In this document: piece after piece, positions 38,301 to 50,019 of the stretch
Numbering within the stretch: the stretch's first letter is position 1
Layout: each line of letters starts with the position of its first letter
Made by a program: the position numbers and the translations under genes
NCBI RefSeq assembly: GCF_039654945.1
Contig: NW_027361738.1
Coordinates: 81,840,001 to 81,904,000, forward strand
Length of the DNA: 64,000 nucleotides
DNA from: Dendrobates tinctorius
Taxonomy: Eukaryota
Reading direction: 5' to 3'
Notes under the pieces: generated by a model
Told to the model about the DNA's origin: nothing
Database searches by the model: none
Seen by the model: the letters and a program-made list of their open reading frames with translations, nothing else

Positions 38301-41300
38301 AGATGGGCAGAGCTGCATGTGGTCAACATTGCTTCTCCACGTATGCCAGCAGGTCATGTCCAGTTACCATGGGATGTTATGTCCTCTGCAGCTTTTGATC
38401 TCAGAGTCAGACGTAAGAGACAGGAGAGCTTAGGTGAAGCACCAACAATTATGGCAGAGTCCAGAAAAGATAAGAGCTGTAATATCGTAATCTTAGCTGC
38501 CAACCAGTTATCGCCCCCTCTCATAACCCGGGAAGAGGTGGCCGAGGACGCTCTGCAGGGGTTTGTTCACCCGCATGTCATAGTTCTTGCCCAGGTCATG
38601 TCGGCAGGCCGGACAGCTGTACACTGAGGCCTTGAAGGAGCGGTCCAGGCAGCTCTTGCAGATGTTGTGCAGACACTCGGTGGTGATGGGCTTGTACACC
38701 ACCTCCTGGCAGCAGATGCACAGGAAGGTCTCCTCCACCTTGCTGATGAATTTGGGCCCTTCCTTTAGATGAGTCATCACTTCGCTCCATAACTTAACGT
38801 TCAGCTCGTCCTTTTCGATCAGCTCTTTTTGCTCCGGAGTCAAGTCGTACACAAGCTCAGTTTTAGTTTTCTTCTGCGTTCCCTCCTCGTCGTCATCATC
38901 ATCATCATCATCAATGACAGATTTCCTTTTTCTCTTCCCTTTGACCGGACTTTCTAGTTCATCTGAATCTAGGTTCTCCTTCTCCCTCTCCTTGTTGGCC
39001 ACAGACTCTAGATAACCCTCGGGGTACTGCATAGTGAGGCCAAGTTTTTTACCACGTTCTTTGCCCTCTTTGGTCCATGGCGCCGGCTCGTCGTCATCTC
39101 TCCTCAGAAGGTAGCGCCATATGAGGAAGCCGGACTTGCCCTTCTCAGGCCAGTATTTCACTACTTTGTAGATGCCGTCGTATCGGTTGCCCTCTTCTGG
39201 GGCGAATTTGCTGTGCTTGCTCCCTTTGGCATTACGCACAACACGTACGGGTTTGCCCGCTTTCCAGTCTTTAGCTTCGGCCCCTTCTTTATTATTGATG
39301 GGGGTGTTACAGTTCATGGCTAGTGCTCGATTCATGTTGGTCAGTTTCTGGTCACATGACTGCTCCGCCGTCCGCTTGTTACCGGAGAGATCACGACCTC
39401 CGCTCCCGGTGTAGGTAAACTCTGTGCCATCATCAGCATCATCTTCATAACCACCAGCCAGGACCAGAGAAAAGGAGCCGTCATTGCTTCTCCCATGGAT
39501 GCCCGCCACATGAGGCCGATGCACGCCAGCCTCACTAACCTGCACCCTGAACTTCCACATGGTGCCAACTGGTACACCGGGTATCTTGCCGTAGTGATTG
39601 GATGGGACAATGGTGCACTCTCTGGAGCGCCCGACGCACGCCATGCCTTTCCCCCAGTCTCTTTGAGAAGATGAGCTGGCGGACGCCATCTTGGCTTTCT
39701 TCTTGCTCTCCTTTAGCTTTTCCCCCGCCAGCACCACCTCGCTGGTATCGTTCCTGCAGTCCGGGCAGTACCAGTCATCCACATCTGGCAGGGCGGACAG
39801 CGGCGGGTCCAGGCAGTAGATATGGAAGGCCATGTCACACTCATCGCACAGCAGCTGCTTCTCGGGGTCCTGTTTGCCCCCACAGATGTGGCAGGCGCAC
39901 ATGCGGCACTTGGTTTTGGGGTCATCCTTGCACAGCTTGCATTGGGGTCCAGTCTGCGGTTTGGCCGGCACTTCCTCGGGAGTCGGGGGCAGGGTCTCTG
40001 CTGGGATTGGGGTCTCGGGCCTCTCGATCTTAAACACCTCATCCACAAATACGATTTTGCAGTCATTTATGGGGTCTCCAGCGTCCCCCATTAGCAGCTT
40101 GGCGTACAGTTCCTTGCTGTTCTTGCCCTCTTTCTTGCGGAGGATCTCGGCGTCGTACCAGTAGCCCCGCTCCATGGGCTCCTCCGGGTTGTAGTTGAGC
40201 ATGACCACCAGTCCGGCCCGCAGCTCCTCCCAGGACAGCGTGCTCCGGGCCCGGGGGCGCACGTCTTGGCCCCTCAGCTGCACCACCCCATTCTCAGGAT
40301 AGCCCTCGTACTGGATATGGTAGATGACGTCATCAGCGGGGTCTCCGGGGCTTCCCCGGGTCACGTTCACCACCTCCGCCTCGAACCAGGCGCCCATGTG
40401 CAGGTCCCGGGCGTCCACCGGCTGCTTTATCCGGTACAGGCCGCGGGCGCTGGGCTCCTCCTCCGGCTCAGTCTCAGACATCGGGGAGTCGTCATCGGGC
40501 TCTTCCGCCGTTGCCGGCACCGGGGGAGGAGGAGGCGGCGGCGGGAGCTGGCGGAGCAGCAGCTGCACGATGTCATTCAGGCCGACGCTGTAATCAAAGA
40601 GCGTGTGTCCGTCCTCCATCTGCTTCCCCCGGTAGAAGAGCCGCTGCCGGTCCTGCTCCGCTCCGAACACCTCCTGGATCCGCTCCCGCAGCTCCTCCAC
40701 CTTGGTCAGTTTAGACAGGGAGTCAATGCGGTGAGTCTCCCGGCCGTCCATGGTGCGCACCTGGATCCACATGATGGCGGCTACTTGTCACTCACTACGG
40801 AACTGAGACTTCCGAACTCCCGCTCTCCGCCGGCGGCGCGGTTTATAATCTGGCGGGATCCTGACACGCCCGCTGATGATTGGTTAGCGCTGATTGGTAG
40901 GGAGGAGTTTCCTAAACGTAGCTCCTCCCCCCTATTCGCCGACACTGCTTTCCCGCCCGTTGTTCCTGTTGTCATGGAAACGTCGTTACCCCATACATTA
41001 GTGATATTGTCCTCCCCTCACTATAATATATACACGTCCTCCCCTCACTATAATATATACACGTCCTCCCCTCACTATAATATATACACGTCCTCCCCTC
41101 ACTATAATATATACACGTCCTCCCCTCACTATAATATATATATATATATACGTCCTCCCCTCACTATAATATATATATATACGTCCTCCCCTCACTATAA
41201 TATATATATATATACGTCCTCCCCTCACTATAATATATATATATATACGTCCTCCCCTCACTATAATATATATATATATACGTCCTCCCCTCACTATAAT

Positions 41301-42044
41301 ATATACACGTCCTCCCCTCACTATAATATATACACGTCCTCCCCTCACTATAATATATACACGTCCTCCCCTCACTATAATATATACACGTCCTCCCCTC
41401 ACTATAATATATATACGTCCTCCCCTCACTATAATATATATACGTCCTCCCCTCACTATAATATATATATATATATATACGTCCTCCCCTCACTATAATA
41501 TATATATATACGTCCTCCCCTCACTATAATATATATATATACGTCCTCCTCACTATAATATATATACGTCCTCCTCCTCACTATAATATATATACGTCCT
41601 CCCCTCACTATAATATATATACGTCCTCCTCACTATAATATATATATATATATATACGTCCTCCCCTCACTATAATATATATACGTCCTCCCCTCACTAT
41701 AATATATACACGTCCTCCCCTCACTATAATATATATACGTCCTCCCCTCACTATAATATATATACGTCCTCCCCTCACTATAATATATATATATATATAC
41801 GTCCTCCCCTCACTATAATATATATATATACGTCCTCCCCTCACTATAATATATATATATACGTCCTCCCCTCACTATAATATATATATATATATATACG
41901 TCCTCCCCTCACTATAATATATATACGTCCTCCTCCTCACTATAATATATATATACGTCCTCCTCCTCACTATAATATATATACGTCCTCCTCACTATAA
42001 TATATATACGTCCTCCCCTCACTATAATATATATACGTCCTCCT

Positions 42045-42087
<43 letters not shown>

Positions 42088-45000
42088 GTCCTCCCCTCAC
42101 TATAATATATATATATATACGTCCTCCCCTCACTATAATATATATACGTCCTCCCCTCACCATAATATATATACATCCTCCCCTCACTATAATATATATA
42201 CGTCCTCCCCTCACTATAATATACACTCACTGGCCACTTTATTAGGTACACCTGTCCAACTGTGTGTTAAGACTTAATTTCTAATCAGCCAATCACATGG
42301 CGGCAACTCAGTGCATTTAGGCATGTAGACATGGTCAAGACAATCTCCTGCAGTTCAAACTGAGCATCAGTATGGGGAAGAAAGGTGATTTGAGTGCCTT
42401 TGAACGTGGCATGATTGTTGGTGCCAGAAGGGCTGGTCTGAGAATTTCAGAAACTGCTGATCTACTGGGATTTTCACGCACAACCATCTCTAGGGTTTAC
42501 AGAGAATGGTCCGAAAAAGAAAAAAAATCCAGTGAGCGGCAGTTCTGTGGCCGGAAATGCCATGTTGATGCCAGAGGTCAGAGGAGAATGGGCAAACTGG
42601 TTCGAGCTGATAGAAAGGCAACAGTGACTCAAATTGCCACCCGTTACAACCAAGGTAGGCAGAAGAGCATCTCTGAACGCACAGTGCGTCGAACTTTGAG
42701 GCAGATGGGCTACAGCAGCAGAAGACCACACTGGGTACCACTCCTCTCAGCTAAGAACAGGAAACTGAGGCTACAATTTGCACAAGCTCATCGAAATTGG
42801 ACAGTAGAAGATTGGAAAAACGTTGCCTGGTCTGATGAGTCTCGATTTCTGCTGCGACATTCGGATGGTAGGGTCAGAATTTGGCGTAAACAACATGAAA
42901 GCATGGATCCATCCTGCCTTGTATCAACAGTTCAGGCTGGTGGTGGTGGTGTCATGGTGTGGGGAATTTTTTCTTGGCACTCTTTGGGCCCCTTGGTACC
43001 AATTGAGCATCGTTGCAACGCCACAGCCTACCTGAGTATTGTTGCTGACCATGTCCATCCCTTTATGACCACAATGTACCCAACATCTGATGGCTACTTT
43101 CAGCAGGATAATGCGCCATGTCATAAAGCTCGAATCATCTCAGATTGGTTTCTTGACCATGACAATGAGTTCACTGTACTCAAATGGCCTCCTCAGTCAC
43201 CAGATCTCAATCCAATAGAGCATCTTTGGGATGTGGTGGAACGGGAGATTCGCATCAGGGATGTGCAGCCGACAAATCTGCGCCAACTGTGTGATGCCAT
43301 CATGTCAATATGGTCCAAAATCTCTGAGGAATGCTTCCAGCACCTTGTTGAATCTCTGCCACGAAGAATTGAGGCAGTTCTGAAGGCAAAAGGGGGTCCA
43401 ACCCGTTACTAGCATGGTGTACCTAATAAAGTGGCCAGTGAGTGTATATACGTCCTCCCCTCACCATAATATATATACGTCCTCCCCTCACTATAATATA
43501 TATATATACGTCCTCCCCTCACTATAATATATATACGTCCTCCCCTCACCATAATATATATACGTCCTCCCCTCACCATAATATATATACGTCCTCCCCT
43601 CACCATAATATATATACGTCCTCCCCTCACTATAATATATATATATATGTCCTCCCCTCACTATAATATATATACGTCCTCCCCTCACCATAATATATAT
43701 ACGTCCTCCCCTCACCATAATATATATACGTCCTCCCCTCACCATAATATATATACGTCCTCCCCTCACTATAATATATATATATATGTCCTCCCCTCAC
43801 TATAATATATATACGTCCTCCCCTCACTATAATATATATACGTCCTCCCCTCACTATAATATATATACGTCCTCCCCTCACCATAATATATATATGTCCT
43901 CCCCTCACTATAATATATATACGTCCTCCCCTCACCATAATATATATACGTCCTCCCCTCACCATAATATATATACGTCCTCCCCTCACCATAATATATA
44001 TACGTCCTTCCCTCACTATAATATATATACGTCCTCCCCTCACTATAATATATATATACGTCCTCCCCTCACCATAATATATATACGTCCTCCCCTCACC
44101 ATAATATATATACGTCCTCCCCTCACCATAATATATATACGTCCTCCCCTCACTATAATATATATACGTCCTCCCCTCACTATAATATATATACGTCCTC
44201 CCCTCACTATAATATATATACGTCCTCCCCTCACTATAATATATATATACGTCCTCCCCTCACCATAATATATATACGTCCTCCCCTCACTATAATATAT
44301 ATACGTCCTCCCCTCACCATAATATATATACGTCCTCCCCTCACCATAATATATATACGTCCTTCCCTCACTATAATATATATACGTCCTCCCCTCACTA
44401 TAATATATATACGTCCTCCCCTCACCATAATATATATGTCCTCCCCTCACTATAATATATATACGTCCTCCCCTCACTATAATATATATATACGTCCTCC
44501 CCTCACTATAATATATATATACGTCCTCCCCTCACCATAATATATATACGTCCTCCCCTCACTATAATATATATATACGTCCTCCCCTCACTATAATATA
44601 TATATACGTCCTCCCCTCACCATAATATATATACGTCCTCCCCTCACTATAATATATATACGTCCTCCCCTCACCATAATATATATACGTCCTTCCCTCA
44701 CTATAATATATACGTCCTCCCCTCACTATAATATATATACGTCCTCCCCTCACCATAATATATACGTCCTCCCCTCACCATAATATATATATACGTCCTC
44801 CCCTCACTATAATATATATATGTCCTCCCCTCACTATAATATATGTACGTCCTCCCCTCACTATAATATATATACGTCCTCCCCTCACTATAATATATAT
44901 ATATACGTCCTCCCCTCACCATAATATATATATACGTCCTCCCCTCACCATAATATATATACGTCCTCCCCTCACCATAATATATATACGTCCTCCCCTC

Positions 45001-48000
45001 ACCATAATATATATACGTCCTCCCCTCACCATAATATATATACGTCCTCCCCTCACTATAATATATATACGTCCTCCCCTCACTATAATATATATACGTC
45101 CTCCCCTCACCATAATATATATACGTCCTCCCCTCACCATAATATATATACGTCCTCCCCTCACTATAATATATATACGTCCTCCCCTCACTATAATATA
45201 TATACGTCCTCCCCTCACTATAATATATATACGTCCTCCCCTCACTATAATATATATACGTCCTCCCCTCACTATAATATATATATATACGTCCTCCCCT
45301 CACCATAATATATATACGTCCTCCCCTCACTATAATATATATATATAGGTCCTCCCCTCACCATAATATATATACGTCCTTCCCTCACTATAATATATAT
45401 ACGTCCTTCCCTCACTATAATATATATACGTCCTCCCCTCACTATAATATATATACGTCCTCCCCTCACTATAATATATATACATCCTCCCCTCACTATA
45501 ATATATATACGTCCTCCCCTCACCATAATATATATACGTCCTCCCCTCACCATAATATATATACGTCCTCCCCTCACTATAATATATATACGTCCTCCCC
45601 TCACTATAATATATATACGTCCTCCCCTCACTATAATATATATACGTCCTCCCCTCACTATAATATATATACGTCCTCCCCTCACTATAATATATATATA
45701 CGTCCTCCCCTCACCATAATATATATACGTCCTCCCCTCACTATAATATATATACGTCCTCCCCTCACCATAATATATATACGTCCTCCTCCTCACTATA
45801 ATATATATACGTCCTCCCCTCACCATAATATATACGTCCTCACCATAATATATATATACGTCCTCCCCTCACTATAATATATATATACGTCCTCCCCTCA
45901 CCATAATATATATACGTCCTCCCCTCACTATAATATATATATACGTCCTCCCCTCACTATAATATATATATATACGTCCTCCCCTCACCATAATATATAT
46001 ACGTCCTCCCCTCACTATAATATATATACGTCCTCCCCTCACCATAATATATATACGTCCTCCCCTCACCATAATATATATACGTCCTCCCCTCACCATA
46101 ATATATATACGTCCTCCCCTCACTATAATATATATACGTCCTCCCCTCACCATAATATATATATACGTCCTCCCCTCACCATAATATATATATACGTCCT
46201 CCCCTCACCATAATATATATACGTCCTCCCCTCACCATAATATATATACGTCCTCCCCTCACCATAATATATATACGTCCTCCCCTCACTATAATATATA
46301 TACGTCCTCCCCTCACTATAATATATATACGTCCTCCCCTCACTATAATATATATACGTCCTCCCCTCACTATAATATATATACGTCCTCCCCTCACCAT
46401 AATATATATACGTCCTCCCCTCACTATAATATATATACGTCCTCCCCTCACTATAATATATATACGTCTTCCCCTCACTATAATATATATACGTCCTCCC
46501 CTCACTATAATATATATACGTCCTCCCCTCACTATAATATATATACGTCCTCCCCTCACTATAATATATATATACGTCCTCCCCTCACCATAATATATAT
46601 ACGTCCTCCCCTCACTATAATATATATACGTCCTCCCCTCACCATAATATATATACGTCCTTCCCTCACTATAATATATATACGTCCTCCCCTCACCATA
46701 ATATATACGTCCTCCCCTCACCATAATATATATATATACGTCCTCCCCTCACTATAATATATATATACGTCCTCCCCTCACCATAATATATATACGTCCT
46801 CCCCACACTATAATATATATATACGTCCTCCCCTCACCATAATATATATATGTCCTCCCCTCACTATAATATATATACGTCCTCCCCTCACTATAATATA
46901 TATACGTCCTCCCCTCACCATAATATATATACGTCCTTCCCTCACTATAATATATATACGTCCTCCCCTCACCATAATATATACGTCCTCCCCTCACCAT
47001 AATATATATATATACGTCCTCCCCTCACTATAATATATATATACGTCCTCCCCTCACCATAATATATATACGTCCTCCCCACACTATAATATATATATAC
47101 GTCCTCCCCTCACCATAATATATATATACGTCCTCCCCTCACCATAATATATATACGTCCTCCCCTCACTATAATATATATACGTCCTCCCCTCACCATA
47201 ATATATATACGTCCTTCCCTCACTATAATATATATACGTCCTCCCCTCACCATAATATATACGTCCTCCCCTCACCATAATATATATATATACGTCCTCC
47301 CCTCACTATAATATATATATACGTCCTCCCCTCACCATAATATATATACGTCCTCCCCACACTATAATATATATATACGTCCTCCCCTCACCATAATATA
47401 TATATACGTCCTCCCCTCACCATAATATATATACGTCCTCCCCTCACTATAATATATATACGTCCTCCCCTCACTATAATATATATACGTCCTCCCCTCA
47501 CCATAATATATATACGTCCTCCCCTCACCATAATATATATACGTCCTCCCCTCACCATAATATATATACGTCCTCCCCTCACTATAATATATATACGTCC
47601 TCCCCTCACTATAATATATATACGTCCTCCCCTCACTATAATATATATACGTCCTCCCCTCACCATAATATATATACGTCCTCCCCTCACTATAATATAT
47701 ATACGTCCTCCCCTCACTATAATATATATACGTCTTCCCCTCACTATAATATATATACGTCCTCCCCTCACTATAATATATATACGTCCTCCCCTCACTA
47801 TAATATATATACGTCCTCCCCTCACTATAATATATATACGTCCTCCCCTCACTATAATATATGTACGTCCTCCCCTCACTATAGTGTATATATACGTCCT
47901 CCCCTCACTATAGTGTATATATACGTCCTCCCCTCACTATAGTGTATATATACGTCCTCCCCTCACTATAGTGTATATATACGTCCTCCCCTCACTATAG

Positions 48001-49976
48001 TGTATATATACGTCCTCCCCTCACTATAATATATATACGTCCTCCCCTCACTATAATATATGTACGTCCTCCCCTCACTATAATATATGTACGTCCTCCC
48101 CTCACTATAGTGTATATATACGTCCTCCCCTCACGCTACACGTCTTCCTACATCACCACTGGTCTTAGTAAAGCAATGCCGAGGTTATACGGTGTCATTA
48201 TCATATAATGTGACGCCATTGCTACATCCCATAATATTGTGACACAAAATGCGTCATCTGTGCGGAAAAAATAGTGTAATTTCTACAATATCTGTCATTG
48301 TCCAGCACCAGTCACACGGAGGGGTTGTTATTTTTGTTTTTTTAAGTCATTTTGATCCAAAATTATCAAAAAAAAAAAAAAGCGCCATAAATGCATTCTT
48401 ATCTAATCCTGCTAAAAATCCAATGAAATGTCAGGGGGTTTTAAGCATTTTTTCTATGAAGAGGCTTTGGAAAAACTGGTGTTCAGTCCAGTCAAAAGGC
48501 TGCTAAAAATAAATAAAACTTCCCCAAAAATGAAATTTCCTGAGGTGGTTTCTACTTGGAAAAACGTGTCGTTTTTGAACACCTCAAAAACTTGTGTGTG
48601 AACAGGGCCTGATAGGGATTTAGGCCGGTTTCACACATCTGACTTTCACGGTGTGCGTGCACAGCGCTGCGAGGATCGGCCCTGGCTCTCCGGATAGACA
48701 TATATGGCCTGCGGTCAGTCTGGGCTTTGTGGCCCGTATATGGTCTGTGAAATACGCCAGTCTGAACCCAGGCCTAAAAAAAGCAGTCACACATACACTG
48801 GCTAAAGCTGGTGTGCATGTGTGTGTGTATGTGTGTATATATATATAATTTGTATAAAAAATGTAAATAAAATCTAATAAATAATCCAAGCAAATGAATT
48901 TCAATGTGCGGAACTATCGAAAGCCGTAAAAAATAATAATAATATTTATGCCACGCGGTGAAAGCTGAAGTGAAAAATAGAAATGGCAGAATTTCTGGTT
49001 TTCAGTCACCTTGCCTTAAAAAAAAAAAAAAAAAGAAATAGAAGGAATCAGAAAATCATCTGAACCCCAAAATTTGAATGAATTAAGAAGTACAGCTGTA
49101 GTGCAAGAAAAAAAAACCCCAAAAAACAAACTCTGATACGACTCTGTCGACCAAGAAATAAAAAAAAGTAATGTCTCTCGTAGCCCTCTGGAGCTCTATT
49201 GCCCAAGGACCTCATAATCCTGCAGCCGCCACAAGGGAGGAGACCAGATCTGCTGTTAGGGGAAGACTCATGGTTCGGAAGACTAGTGTCTTAGGCCGGG
49301 TTCACAAGTGATGGCCGAGGTGCAGACAGGATGCCTTGTTGGTGCAACACTCTTGGACCCCGTGGGGACCGTAATTCCTATTAATTGCAATAGAGACAGA
49401 CCATAAATTATAGGAGTCTTAGCTGCCGATCCCTCTCCAATCTGCGATGAATGTAATATCTTCTCTGTTAATTTTTCTTTTCAGGTGTTCCTTAAGCCGT
49501 GTAGGTCTGTCCCATCTTGTAAGGAAGTCACAGTGGAGCCTCTGTCTGCTGATGACTGGGAGATACTGGTAATTAGCTTCTTTCATTTTTACATCACCTA
49601 CCACAAGGGGGAGCTCACCGAATACATATTTATAAAGGTTCCGTGGTTGCGTCTGACTTGTACAGCCAGCACCTGGCAGCTTCAAGTCCCATAAGGAAAA
49701 TATATATATGTCCAAAAAGATGAAAGCAGCACACCAAGATGGAATCGATTCAAATGCAATCTAATTGACCATTCGGCGACGTTCCGGTCCCAAAGGAATG
49801 TGGACCTTTTTCCACATTCCTTTGGGACCGGAACGTCGCCGGATGGGCAGTTAAATTGCATTTGAATCGATTCCAACTTGGTGTGCTGCTTTCATCTTTT
49901 TGGACATATTTATTGAGGTTTGATACATACCTAGAATGTGTTTTGCACCCATTGATTATCCTTTGTGCTGCTTTTT

Positions 49977-50019
<43 letters not shown>

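Larger units (their letters stand above)
41009..48135. repeat. ~27-bp minisatellite CGTCCTCCCCTCAC(T/C)ATAATATATATA with variable (TA)n, interrupted by a Tc1/mariner element
   Basis: Direct tandem repeat. Confidence 0.97.

Noticed and set aside
38508-40772. UHRF2 or a processed pseudogene
   Set aside because: Length, N-terminus and C-terminus (LFPGYERGR) fit UHRF1. An intact ORF despite heavy linker divergence argues against a pseudogene, although expression is unproven.
40266-41498. 410-aa + strand ORF overlapping the UHRF1 start
   Set aside because: It is the antisense shadow of GC-rich UHRF1 codons running into the 27-bp repeat.
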